A DNA stretch of 64,000 nt from Microthyrium microscopicum (taxonomy: Eukaryota). The translations under genes were made by a program, and so were the position numbers. The stretch covers positions 2,784,401-2,848,400 of the forward strand of contig MU004231.1 of assembly GCA_010405405.1 (NCBI GenBank). Direction: 5' to 3'. The notes under the pieces were generated by a model, which did not search any database, was not told the DNA's origin, and saw only the letters and a list, made by a program, of their open reading frames with translations. Below, piece after piece: positions 46,752 to 59,852 of the stretch; the first letter of the stretch is position 1, and the number at the start of each line of letters is the position of its first letter.

Positions 46752-48035
46752 TCATACCAAAAACAGGTCGGCAGAGACTGCGTCCCGAAAGTAAACACGC
46801 CAGGGCACAGCTCTCATCTCAGCACTAGACCTTGAGAGTATGTCCGTGAGGCTCATATGGTACTCTAAGATGTTATCCCAGAATTTGTCAATTCCAGAGC
46901 GTGGAATATAATTGAAGAGGTTCTGTAGCTTGGGGTGCGTTAGGTCTCTCAAGAGCTTGTCAAGCTGAATTGCTGCATTCCTTTCGAGCGAATGCTGCTG
47001 TTCACTTTTGATATTCCACTCGTGCACAAGATAATCCTTGACATACGATGGCGATTTGTGACCGCACCATTGGAGCCAAAAGCATCGAAGTCCATCATCA
47101 AGAAGACACCAATGAACCCAGGATTGACCTAGTCGAAAGGTGTCTCCTTCTTGCGTTTTCCAGTCAAAGTAATCGGGTCCTGTATACTCACAAGGAACAT
47201 GGCGGCGAAGGCTGGGACCGTACACGTTTGAGGTTGGACCGTCGTATTTGGTTTTGATCATGCTGTGCAATAGATCACAAGCGAAGCGAAGTTGAAACAG
47301 GCGCTCTCTTGAGAGGCTTCGGAGATATTTGCAGCGAAGTCCGAGGATCAGTTGTGTTCTCACTTTGAATTGACTTTCCTCGTTCTCGAGATAGTCCTTG
47401 GGAATCTTTTGGTGAAACGGGCTGGTACCTGGTATTTGGTCGGATCTTAGCCTTAAAGATGACCAGGCTAGGGGGGCATTTTCTTTGTAAAGCTGGCTTG
47501 GGCATGATTTGTATCGGAGTAGTGCCTTGAAAGAGAAAAAGCTTAAGAGAGGATGACTGCCATGTATGTTTCTTGATATTCTGGATAGTTCTTGGATGAC
47601 TTCGAGGCCCTCGACGACGTAGGAACGGAGAATATATGATCTTTCATCATTAGCTGGAATACCGAGAAGTCTTCGCAAACCATCAGAAGGTTGCATGCGC
47701 ATTCTGTCTACGATGACGGCAGCCAGATAGTGCAAAACCAGATCATTCAACCATGCGAAGTCTGTTGGTCGGGAAAGACACATATATCTCTCGTGCTGGA
47801 TAACGCGGTCCTCCAGAGAAAATGTATTTCGGGAGACATGTCCACAGATATACTTGCTGTTCTTTGTAACGACTGAGGCAAGGCGATAGCTCGTTCTACG
47901 AAGGTTGTAAAGGTCGAATATTGAAAGGGCGCGGCAGATCTGTTCAAGAACTTCATTGGGGAGGTCAAGCAGACTGGACTTGGCCTCCTTGATGGTTGCG
48001 GAAGATGAATTGGAAGCGATATCTCTCGACATCAT
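46752..48035 (-). CDS. F-box domain protein of unknown specificity
   Basis: SSLLDLPNEVLEQICRALSIFDLYNLRRTSYRL near the N-terminus of a long intronless ORF. First ATG is at 48035. Confidence 0.8.
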   Translation of the reverse strand: MMSRDIASNSSSATIKEAKSSLLDLPNEVLEQICRALSIFDLYNLRRTSYRLASVVTKNSKYICGHVSRNTFSLEDRVIQHERYMCLSRPTDFAWLNDLVLHYLAAVIVDRMRMQPSDGLRRLLGIPANDERSYILRSYVVEGLEVIQELSRISRNIHGSHPLLSFFSFKALLRYKSCPSQLYKENAPLAWSSLRLRSDQIPGTSPFHQKIPKDYLENEESQFKVRTQLILGLRCKYLRSLSRERLFQLRFACDLLHSMIKTKYDGPTSNVYGPSLRRHVPCEYTGPDYFDWKTQEGDTFRLGQSWVHWCLLDDGLRCFWLQWCGHKSPSYVKDYLVHEWNIKSEQQHSLERNAAIQLDKLLRDLTHPKLQNLFNYIPRSGIDKFWDNILEYHMSLTDILSRSSAEMRAVPWRVYFRDAVSADLFLV

Positions 48036-51000
48036 GTCGAGCAGACTAAATTTGGAGAAAATTTGGAGGAAGTTGGGAGTGGCGTCAAGGTTTTGAGTGA
48101 GCACAAAGCTGGATATGTTTTTATTTTGATTGTGGACACTTTCGTCTAAAATTTGGTACCGTGAGCCATGGGAGGACCTTATGTGTCATTTGAAGACCAT
48201 CTGGTACGCCAACGACCGGAGAACTTTGAGCGGGCCGCTCCCTTAAAATTACGACGTCTTTGATCTATCAGGTACCTCTGAAAGTCCTAGATAACTCATT
48301 CAATGGCGTCACAATGCGGGAACTTTAGATGTTGAGAAGTGATGTCTGAGACGTTATGCTACTGACCTCCTATCTGCTGGTACGCTGTAAAGCTTATAAT
48401 GCCAAAAGGCGATCCCCAAATTCCTGAAGCCTTAATCGAAATACGGAAAACAGAAGTGAGGTAAGTTTTGGATTATTCTACCGAGCTAAACACTAGGAGA
48501 TGAACGAGCAAGATTGAAAGCATGCAGTGCTTAAGTAGGACTTATATGTATGTGATATTAGGATACCTCGTAAAGCAGCCTGTACAGTTCTGGTACTTTT
48601 TTTATCATTGAGTCACTTGAAGAACAAATATAGGTATACATTGAAAGTAAGATCGATTCCAATTACCTGTCAACAGGACGATCTGTTAATCATACGCCTC
48701 TGCCTAAAATGTCACTCTGTTTCTAAAATAGGCATAGACTTAGCTGGTGGCGAGTATGCAAATGAAGAGGTATCCTACGATAGGAATTGTTGGCCACGGC
48801 TGGTCTCTTTGTACAAAAAGCTGCTATGCTCTAATACTGACTGAAAGAATTGTTCTATCATCTTTGACGCAACTCTATAGTTGTTTCCCTCGTAGAGTTC
48901 AGAGCACTAGGACATCCAGGCCATGGACAGAATAATTGGCCTAACCTGTCAGCTTTTTGACTCTCATCCGCAGCGTTCTCATGGCGATGACATTGTTTTC
49001 TTTGCGCATACGGAGAGAAAGCTGTTGGATATTGGACATGATGAGAATTAGAAAGTATGCTTTCCAAATGGTGCGGAGGCAGACACCGCCCTCGATGAAG
49101 GCCTTGACATAAGTAAATCTGTCGACAGGTGGTCATCCAAGGAAAGAATTACAAGTCGGAGCAGGGAATTCACACACTCAGACCAGTTTACTCCTAGTCA
49201 TGACTATCGCTAGCCAGCATGAACGATAAGGAAGGGAAGTCACATCTTCGCTTCCAAGCCATCAGCAAACCTGAATGAATAATGATAACTCTCCTACACT
49301 CTCGCACAATACGAGCTTGGCTTCTAAAGCAATCCACTCACATCTATCGCCTCCTAATGCAAATCTCCCCCTGTCAAACGCCGCTTTATTTCGCGGTAAG
49401 CAGACTAGTGGAAAGACCTGCCAACCACCAATCTCATCAAACTGCCATGGACGTCACATTGACTCTTCATACACTCCCCAGCCTGCCAATCAAGGGCATG
49501 TTACCAAAGTCGGCAACGGTGCCTTCATCTGCTGGTTTCACCCGCAGCCTCCGATAGGCGTCCGTCTGAAGCAGATGCTGCCGTCGTATCATCCGTTACC
49601 GAACCACCAGATCAGGGTACATGGCATGTCATACCATGTCGTGCGAGTGTGTTACGAGCATGAGATCTGGACCTGGCGGGACGATAGCCGGGCGTACGAG
49701 AGAAAGTCTCGTGTGATGGCATTCTATTGGAGCAGGTTTGTTATTGCATCCGGAGATTAGGACGCCGCAGGTTGGATGAGCCAAGAGCTCGTTGCTGAAC
49801 CAGATAACGTCGTCAGGACGAGGGCCAGAAGAGAAAACTCCTGTTCGCAGACAGAAATGATACCGATGAAGACTTTTCATCCCTGATCTAAAAACAATTC
49901 TCGTGATGCAGCCAGTGAGAAATCATTTCCCTGCTTGGACGCTGGCCATATCTTGGCGCATGGCGCGTCCTCTGTACCATTGGGGTTGATGAGTACTCAA
50001 GCATGGCGGCGTAAGGAACCTGACAAGGAGTGTTGTAGTCAACATCAGTAATCGTCTCACTGTCTCAGTCACAATCGCCGGATTGAGCTTACAATCTGCT
50101 CTCCGACCTATACCGCGTTGTGTACCAAGAGGTTATTTGCCCAATTTAGAACACTATGCTGACCGCTTCAAGTAAGTATCGGGTTTCCGTGATATCTCCT
50201 TAGGTCGGCGAAATCAATGTAAAGGAGGTAGACATGGTCCGCAAGAATTGAAGATGGGAAGGTAAGCACATAGGACAGCGTTGCGTGCTTACCAAAGCCA
50301 TAAGGCTGAGTGTCGCAATTAGTCAATGGATCCGAGTTTGGGAATAGTCAATGGCAGATTTCGACTTTCGCTCGTCCTCGCTCTTCGATAGTAGGTTAAT
50401 CACCTGCCGTCACAATTATAATCGGAAAAGGTAGCTGAGCCATGGCTATACGGATTGCGCAGTTGAGAATCTCGACGGGGAGTGATTCAAATTCCAAATC
50501 AAATCAGAGCCGCATCCTGGAGCAGAGCCTTCAAATCGAGGACATACGGCTTAACAAGAGTTGGTCATCACGATTGATGCCACCGGCGCCGCATCTGCTG
50601 AATACTCGGTCTCATAATATCACCGTCGGCGCAGAGTGGCACGATGCCGCTACCTTCCATACCCAATGCGGCTCTCAATTCATTGAGTAAACCCTGGCAG
50701 CAGTAGCCCAAACTTCGCGCGAGCACAATGCCATAGCCTTCCGTAAAGTCCGCCCTTGCGGCACTCCCGTAAGCAAATATATCGTCGGACGCCTCGGAGT
50801 GAAACCGAGCATTGGTGTTTTGGAAGCAATAAGCAGATTTGGAATGAAATGAACAATGAGAAATCAAAACCTGCTGAACAATCTCCTCGGACGCGACATG
50901 ACATTGGTCATTGAGGCGCAGCAACCTTCCGAGCGAAGACCGAGAATACAGCCGCACCGAATCTACCCGAGCCATCTCCGCTGCCTACAATGCGCCCAGG

Positions 51001-54000
51001 AAATAGCAGTGCACTGGGCGTAAAACGATCTGCACTGTAGCTGCGCCTCGTCGTTGAGAAAAAATATCAGGTCTTTCAGGGTCTAGAGATCGTTCCTGCA
51101 AATGCCGATATCCGACGTGTATCGGATCGGAACGTGGTTTTTTCTTAGTCTTGCAGCAACGCGGCTAAAACAGGGCGATAAAATGCATGGGGAAAGAGCC
51201 AGGAACCATTGTTCGGAAAGTGCAATCGTGCTACCCACAACCCAGATCGTCGGAGGGCGCCGTCAATATCTTTGATTCCTCATACAAAAAAAATGTAGAA
51301 TGTCAATATTGCAAGCACAATCCCACCCTGCACTGCCACATACTACAGACTGGCAGGATCTATTTGCAAAGAAGGGCGTAGGTAAAATATGTCATGGGCG
51401 CGGAAGTGGTCCTCACTGTCGCATAGAGGCTGCGTAATTATTGTGCTGGGTCGATTCTTGGATTCGATATATGCAAATCTTGGCGAGCTTGGTGGTTAGT
51501 TGGCAGCTGTGGCTTGATCATTCGGATGCACCGCCACTTATAGAGAGTTACGCCACATAGCTGAACGCGGCTCGAATCCAAGATCTGATACGTCCCTTCT
51601 GATTGTCTGGTTTAATCTAGCATGCTGTTGACAGCGTCGAAAGAGACCGACTGGTGTCTAGTGCTTGGATTTATTCCCAGTCGTTGCCGATCTTAGCCGT
51701 TCATCGATGTTGTACCCTGTTGTACAATCATGACAATCATTCGGTTGTGCCCTTGGAGAAAATGATTCAAAACAGGCACATGGTCAAGAATTAATCAATT
51801 GCTGCTGATCTGTTGGCTGAAGCTTGAAACGATATGTTTGAAGTTACCAGGCAGCATTTATTGCAATTGTTGTGGCAAAAGATTGTGAAAGAATGCCGAA
51901 TTGTAACTTTCATGTGCTTGTTTCAAGGTTCGCGGGCGAAGACTATCGAGTCTTAATGTGAATTCCTTTATTAGTCTGAATATAACCCTGGGGACCCTGA
52001 GGTCGGCTAATTTTAAGGTTTTTATATTGATATTCAGACATATTGAATGTCCGGGCATGTTAATATTGAAAGACCCAAAGATAGGTCCCGCTCTGGTACA
52101 AAGTTGCAAAAATTGCAAGGGTCCTCCCATAAACGTGGCCTGGGCTTTGCACGTTGTAACTGTGTGGTTGGGAGGAAATGCGATCCAGGCCCTTGGACCC
52201 TGTTCAGCCATTTTGTCGATCTAGTCTGTTCGACTGGATTGGAGGAGGCCGCGCAACGCAACAGGGACAAAACCTTGCACTTGCAGAACTTTGTAGCTAA
52301 TCATTCAAGACTCACGAGAGATAGCGTCTGCTGGGGACATGCACACCATGTCGCATTGTCGCCAAAAGTGTTGCTCTATATTGAATAATGTTTCTGGTGT
52401 TGGGGCTCAAATCCACAAGCACTGTATATGTATCCTGCACCTTAAATCAATTGTGAATTGCGAATCCACTGGCGCGGACAGGCCGCTGCGATGCGCAACA
52501 AGGTGTCTTGGTTGGTGCGGTCTAAGATGGGGAACCCAGCCATAGACTTTTTCTCGCATAATAGTATTGGCAACTGTATTCTGGTCATGCTTGTACCAAA
52601 GTACATATAGTTGAAAGAACGTCGGGTATATTCCGTTCTTCGGGTTAAAGCAAGCGGGGAAACGATCTGGTGGTTGGTGGCTGGCTAAGCGCGACTCCAG
52701 GTTCCTTAGTCTTGGAATCTCTTCAGCGCCATCTCCAAGGTCGCGTGCCCAGAAATTGAACCTCGTGCTGAGTAGTAAAAGCAAGCGATGTGATACAAAA
52801 CAGTTTCTTGAATCCAAGTACTTTAAGGTGGCACTATGGGCACGATACAAGACCAGGGCTCTGGGGTAACAGGGATAAAAGGATATTTAAACAAGGAAGT
52901 ACTGTTGGAGGCTCGAATAATTAGAGGTCAATTGGACAACTTGGCGCAAAGCACAGCACGATTTTGCGAACTATAGTCCAGCTGACCATTGAGATGCAGG
53001 TGATTGTCAGGCGACGATCAGCACTGCGGGCGGAATGGTAATACTCTGGCCGTAGCGTAAATATTACAATCAATATACTGAAAATAGAAGGTCAACGCGC
53101 GTTTGTGTGGTGGTGATCAGGAGAAGCTGGTACGGCTGGCCAATATTTCAGCCTTGTTGGTGTGCTGAGGAGCAAGCTGTACTCGTAGGTTGCGCAAGGC
53201 TTTACACGCGACATTGGCTGAACGAGGCTCTGCCTGCATAAACAACGGTGCGCATCGAGATCTTGCAGAGGCTAGAATCTTGGGATTGGCTGTGTAACAA
53301 AAATGCCCAAACGAGCCAAAGGGACAACATATATTACTTTGGAGGGGTCCAGAGCATAAAATGGTTCAAAATAGCGTTAGACACTACATGTACCCACTTC
53401 TGCACGGCTGGGGTATTATGAGTCTAGACATTATGGTTGGAGGTTCAAGTCAGCCATCAAACCAAATTTGGTACCATTCATATTGGATGTCGCGGCTAGT
53501 GGAGCTTAGCGTTCGTGATATGTTGCAATAGTGGAAGTTTTAATCAGTTAAACCATGTCTTGCAGCTGTATCAAATTGTCAACGCAACGTTGTAGTTGAG
53601 CCCCAATGCATGATGGTATACTGAAAGCGGGTAGTGTAAGAAAGGCCAGCGTGGAAGATGAACTTTGATCGGCTATGGCCGTGGGATGAGTGCAGTGCAT
53701 CTTGGTGTAAGGATGGAGGGGGGATTTGTGTAATGGATTTGGAGGACGAAGAGTTTATAGGATTCAAGCTCGGCGCGGATAGACAGGCATAGAGTAGACT
53801 ATGTGGTACAGCTTCCGCGTGGGAGGAGAGGTTTTCATGGAAGCTGCATCCCAAGAGTTTGGTGGTGGGCAGGTGCGGAATGGTCGCGCAGACGCTCACT
53901 ACCCAAGCTGGAAACCTCGACAGGGTGCTTTGCTGCGATGCGACTACCCTTTCAGATTTCTACGGTAGGGCTCACAGGGATTGCGGTGCAGGTAAAACGC

Positions 54001-54730
54001 CTATCGGCGCCTAATCGAGAATAGCTCAATTATAACCGATGAATGATAGTAGCCAATCATGGTAAAGCAGAGGCGTAACAATGACGTTCTTGCTAAGAAA
54101 CCCAAGCAGATGGAGGGTGATGCGCGGCGCTCTCCCTCGTGAGTGATGCCATAATCGATTTTATTATCTATAGTAGTAACATTTGATCAGTATTTGTATA
54201 TTATTCACTACCTTGCGCTCAGCAATACGATAAACGAACTCTTCCTGACCTTTTGCTATCCATTGACAGTCATCAAATATTGCCGACTTACATCCGCCTA
54301 TAGCCGCAACCAAAAAAAAAGTGCATAGTGCGATATTGTAATAGACATCGCTTTTCGCCGACATTCTGCATGCTTCGCTGCTGCGCAATTGTCTACAATT
54401 CCCTCGATTATTACAGGCCAATTGCCCTCGCTCTCGCTCTCTAATCCATTCCATTAACATCCCGGTTGTTCCGTACCTGGCATAACACTACCTATTACCC
54501 GCGTCCTCCCAAAAACTTAAAACTACAGTACCGTGCTTTAGTCGTCATCAGATCCCCAACCTAACAAAAGTCATACTTAAGAGTCGCCACCCCATCTCTA
54601 CCCAGATCCAACTACCACACTCTCACCTACTTACAATCCGCTACTACTACCTACAAGGAGTATTCACCTATATTCTAAAACACATAAAAAAGAAAAATTA
54701 CCCGACCTGGCTACAGAGGGATTATCGATC

Positions 54731-56797
54731 ATGCTAGTCTCCCCCAACCACAACCAGCACCTTCCATCATCCCGCCGACATCAAAACCCTCCCCAGGCCT
54801 CCTTCCCTTCGCCATCCCGCTCCAACAACACATCCTACCTACACAACAACAATATACCTTACTCTTCAGCAAGTCCTTCGCCATCACTCGCTGCCGATAA
54901 ACGCCACTACTTCGATAACTCTGCTTCATCTTCCACCGGCGTCATTGATACCTCAAACGCATCAATATCAAGTCTGAACGACATTTACATGGCAAATAGC
55001 TACGAACTGTCGAATCCATCTTCGCTCTTGCCGGATGGCTCGGACAATATAATGTGGTATTCTGGCGAAAGAGGCAATTCTACTCGGGGGGCAAATCAAA
55101 TGGGGATAGTCTCCCGTGGCGAGCAGAATCACCAAAGACTTCCTTCTACCTCTTCCATTGGCTCCACTGCCTCTATTTCGGGGACTCCATCCCGGGGTAT
55201 GCAACAGGCTTCGCGAGGACGCGTTGACCATCGCAAATCTGTATCTGGTCTCTATCGTGACTCTCAGGGTCGGTCACATCTTCCAAGCCCCCGTCAAACC
55301 CCTACTCGAACAACATTCTTATCCCCAACAAATACAGGCTTTCCGCAAAGTCAGGACATCAACTCAACTGTCGCGGCTTCCATGGCCATGAGCAACGCTC
55401 TACTCGACCCAAATCAACACAACGATGATCTACCACAGATGACACGATCAAACCGGCCTTCCTTCTCAAGCATTGGACAACAAGAGCCTACTACTCCTAT
55501 GACCGTTGCTGATGAACAATCAAATATGGATCGACATCTTAGGCAAAATGGTGAGAAAGACCCTTATGAGATCTTCTCATGGCTCGATGAAAACTTACCA
55601 GTCAAATTTGCAGATATGCCAAGCAGTATACCAGTACCAAAGTTTGAGCGCACAGTGTCAGATGCTATCCACGACAACCTTTTCTTTCCAGCACAAATGC
55701 AGACATCACAACCTGCTGCCAATCCTCAATACCTAATGCCTTCCAATAACCAGAACTTGAGTGATCGGTTATACGAGGCACAAATGGCGCGCTCTGCCTC
55801 ATCAGGCAGCAATCAGTCCATGTCCCAGTTTGGTACAGCCTATCTACCTAACGATCCCGAAAACCACGAGCTCAAGTACCAAATGTCGCCACGTACAGAG
55901 TCAGAGCCGAAAACCATAAGCCCAAAAGACGCTCTTCTCGAGTACAAACCGAGTGAAGGCGATTATCCGCTTTTCCCACGGTCGTCTGCTGAGATGAGCA
56001 ACTCGTATTCTGCTGTGGCGCCCACTACACAGAGTCAGCAACAATATACGCTTCCTACGTCGATGGATTTCACGAATGTAACAGCAGCTCCTAGTTGGGC
56101 TGCCGCCATGTCTGCCGCTCCTCTTCAGTCCTACCACACCTTCGCAACCCCTACATTACCAAACTCCAATATGGGTCTGGGAAACATGTCATCAGGATAT
56201 CTCGGTAACTCGATGCCGCAATCTCGTCGCACTATCAGCAGACAGTCAGACCAGACTCCGGACTTTCCGGCTCAGTTGACCTCTATGGAGTCATCTGCGA
56301 GCGAGGCTGCGCCACCATCCAGCCAAGCTTCTTCCTCTATCATGATCAATTCACCCAAGCCTGACTCATCCTCGGCAAATAGTGGTACGTACAGCTGTAC
56401 GTACCATGGATGCCTACAGAGATTTCCCACACCGCAAAAGTTGCAGAAGCATAAGCGCGATGTACACCGCAACAATCCTAACGTTACTCCTGGTGTAGGA
56501 TCTGGCATGACTTCTTCAGCCCTCATGGAGCGCAATTCACAAACCGGTCCTCACAAGTGCGAAAGACTCAATCCTACTACTGGAAAGCCTTGCAACACTG
56601 TGTTTTCCCGACCATATGATTTGACGAGACATGAGGATACCATTCACAACATCCGCAAACAGAAGGTCCGATGCGCAATCTGCCAGGAAGAGAAAATGTT
56701 CTCTCGCAGTGATGCGTTGACGCGACACATGCGGGTTGTTCATCCGGAGATAGACTTCCCTGGAAAACATCGAAAGCGTGGCTCTCGAGGTGACTAG
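54731..56797 (+). CDS. RPN4: Rpn4-like C2H2 zinc-finger transcription factor
   Basis: Long S/Q/P-rich region followed by three fingers: CTYHGC..HKRDVH; CERLNPTTGKPCNTVFSRPYDLTRHEDTIH; CAIC..FSRSDALTRHMRVVH. The FSRxYDLTRH..TIH and FSRxDALTRH pair matches Rpn4. Possible in-frame intron at 55551-55613. Confidence 0.85.
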   Translation: MLVSPNHNQHLPSSRRHQNPPQASFPSPSRSNNTSYLHNNNIPYSSASPSPSLAADKRHYFDNSASSSTGVIDTSNASISSLNDIYMANSYELSNPSSLLPDGSDNIMWYSGERGNSTRGANQMGIVSRGEQNHQRLPSTSSIGSTASISGTPSRGMQQASRGRVDHRKSVSGLYRDSQGRSHLPSPRQTPTRTTFLSPTNTGFPQSQDINSTVAASMAMSNALLDPNQHNDDLPQMTRSNRPSFSSIGQQEPTTPMTVADEQSNMDRHLRQNGEKDPYEIFSWLDENLPVKFADMPSSIPVPKFERTVSDAIHDNLFFPAQMQTSQPAANPQYLMPSNNQNLSDRLYEAQMARSASSGSNQSMSQFGTAYLPNDPENHELKYQMSPRTESEPKTISPKDALLEYKPSEGDYPLFPRSSAEMSNSYSAVAPTTQSQQQYTLPTSMDFTNVTAAPSWAAAMSAAPLQSYHTFATPTLPNSNMGLGNMSSGYLGNSMPQSRRTISRQSDQTPDFPAQLTSMESSASEAAPPSSQASSSIMINSPKPDSSSANSGTYSCTYHGCLQRFPTPQKLQKHKRDVHRNNPNVTPGVGSGMTSSALMERNSQTGPHKCERLNPTTGKPCNTVFSRPYDLTRHEDTIHNIRKQKVRCAICQEEKMFSRSDALTRHMRVVHPEIDFPGKHRKRGSRGD

Positions 56798-59700
56798 GAC
56801 AAAACCTTCTTGCTCTCTGGATTTCTATTCTTATTTCTGTACTAATACTTCACGTTGTTACGACTTTTGGGATTTCCTAACAAGCGGATTCGCCCAGGCG
56901 TTGTCGCATGATTCATTTGCTCCTCCGGATTCCTTCAGGTTCCATAAGATTCCCCATGCTTAGACTGCTACTTCGAAGGATACCTCTTTTCTATCACGGT
57001 CCGGTATACAGTATCAATCAATTCAAGTCATTTCATGACTACACACCACTCTCCTATACTTCTCGCAATCAGTGCCAGCCAATTATATACGCCTTGACCA
57101 GTCGCGCAACCTAAGAAATAAAAAATATAGAGCCATGGAAAGATCGACCGACGATCGTGCCTCGTGCGTAGACCCTGACATCGGGATCGAAATGCTGCCC
57201 TCGTGGGAAAAGCCGCCAGTGACGTCACTCCAATTTCGCGCGATACTCACATCGTCACCTTTTTCTGGAACAACTATTTTATTGAGCTCGGAATTTAGCC
57301 CCGACTGGTTGATCGTCCCACCATTATTTTTCCAAACCGTCATGGACACGAGTTATGCAAGACACCATCCTCCCTGGTTCCGCGCTTCTTTGGGAAAAGT
57401 GCACGTATCCTCCTTTGCGACACTGACGCATCATATCTTCATCACACAATCACAATCGGGCATGCCAGATATTTCCTCTAACTACCTGGGTTTCTGTTCT
57501 GCCCAATGGTTCAGTTCTTCATTTGCTTGGCCGCATCACACCTCAAAATGACCATTAGTACTTTGTAATATCCTGTGTTTATATGTCTTTATCTGCAGTC
57601 GAACCACTTTTTAGCCTTGGCTGGTTCTGCTTTAACGTTATGACGATGACGAATTGATGAACGAATCAAAGATACTCCAAAAGAGCTGGTTTCAATGTAC
57701 CTGGAATAGATTTGTTCCTTCCAATGGCGTTTCAATCAATAGAGTCAACGATTTTGTTGATACTCTTTTTCTTCTTTTTGCTCAGCTTTCGTGCATACCT
57801 TACATTATTGGTTTTCAGAAAAAGTTCCAATATGCTATTATTATATCATAGCATTCCGGGTACGCTTTTTGGGATGTTAACCTCGCTAGAAATCTCTATT
57901 TCTTCTTTCTATATTTCTCATCGATGATACCCATGTACAACCAATTTCAAAGCTGATCACTCAGCTGGGATTTCTCAGGTCAACTGTTTCATTTTCAGCT
58001 GTTTTCTTTACCAATGATTACACATCCGCATAGGCGCATGGCTTTATTGGAAAGCTCCATTTAAAGGAGGTGGCTTATATCTCAAAGATCAATGCGCATC
58101 AGTACCACGATATCGTTGTTGTAGGATCAACAGTTCATAGCAAAATGAAAACCAGTCAATTCAATTGGTTACCACACATATCCTTCGTCGGAAAAAGTGC
58201 CATGATGATCCACTCACCGCCTTATTTACCAGATCTAATCGTCCAGTATCAATAACATGTTACTTCCAGTCCTATTTTCTATTCGTGATCTATGCGATCT
58301 ATTCGTTCGCCTCTACACGCCGCTTCCGCGCCCACTACCCGGCACGGTCCGTCTGACGCCTCCCAATTGGGCTGTTCCTTCCGACACCCTGTAATATCCC
58401 ACCCTCGACAAACCATCCTTCAATTTCTATTTTTGCGCTGCTGGATGGTTCGCCACTGTACGCAGGAGGTGCTGCTGGTCACTTATCAAGAAAGCGGTGA
58501 ACTCAAGGCTGGTTACATTGAGCCATCAAAAAGGAAAGCCCGAAAAGTAAAATATGGAAGATTCGAAGGAAGGTGTGGCTGAATCCAGCTAAACCAATTT
58601 ATATCTCTACTGCTCGTATCGCGTGAATCTTAGGATGAGTAAGAATAGTAAGCGACTCGCCTAGGAAGATTCTCGGTATCCATTTTCAGATCTGAAGTAG
58701 CGGCATCTGCAGGAGTTCAAGGACGCGAGATGTTGAGGCTGAGTGTGGCGAAGAACTTTACCGCAACTTTTACGCCCTGGTTTGACCATGCAGCTGGGAT
58801 TGGGATCCAACCACGCGGTGCACCTGCGGCTGTCAAACACAAGGGACATGCTACCCTCAGCTGGTGGCGCGCAACACCATAAACCTATTGATTCACGATG
58901 CTTGGCAGTGCTTGAATTGGGTCATTTATGCGGGGTTGGTGTAGCTCGGTTATGGCGATTTGTAGTACTGATACACCGACTTCCTGAGAAGGCGGATAAG
59001 AACTCTTGGTTTATGCATTTTGGGGATTGGGAGGAGCATTAGAAGCTTGGTATTTTGACCGCCTTGTTTTTTCTGTTTGCGATTTTGCTTCAAAGAAGGA
59101 TCGGAGGATTGTTAGGCATGGATACCTGGTTTCATTGTCGGCGAGCCCGAGACTGGGGATCTGGAGACTGGGGGGATCTGGGGATAGTCAGGGTATTTGA
59201 AAATCCGCATCAGTGATAATTTTCACTTGTTATGGAAAGGAATTCTATTGGTTGGTATTGTGGAAAAGGGTCAGAGTATGGTAGCATTATGGCGTTTTGA
59301 AAGAAGAAAACATGCACGTTCAGATATGTAAATCTTGATTTGATTTGATTTCGTATCTATGGCGGTGTGATTGATCACTGCTTCATCTCGTCGTGTTGAA
59401 GAGCTTGGAGTCCAGTTGAAAGGATTGCTCTTCAGTGGGTTGGAGAACTGTAGTGTCTCGCATAATTTGAGACTATGCAAGTCCATTATCAAACTCTAAA
59501 ATGACCTTCATGGACTTTCAGTACGGTCAAGTATTTAGGCTGGAGGGATCCTGCCCCACATATCCTTTCCTTTTGGTTATAGAGCCATCAGGAAAATAAA
59601 CATCATTCGACATCAGATGCGACGGGCAGCGCAGGCTGACTCCTGAGTCCTGATAGTCAATGTCTTACTGGGTTTGAACCTATGGGTTGTAGCGTATGGC

Positions 59701-59852
59701 GCTGCCGTCGTCCCAACATGATTGAATCGGTCATACTGGAAGCGCGCGAATAGCCTTCTGTTGTCGGGGTTGGTTGCTTTGTTTGTTGTATGGACAAGCT
59801 CTTAGGTGTGACCCTTGAAATTTGCAGTCGCTCTGGAAGCATTTCATCATGA

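Noticed and set aside
50568..50975. 135-aa ATG ORF with faint similarity to fungal F-box-like hypothetical proteins
   Set aside because: Resemblance too weak to call; covered only within the intergenic finding.
57072..57551. 159-aa ORF downstream of RPN4
   Set aside because: Non-ATG start, no motifs, and lies in probable 3' UTR or intergenic DNA.
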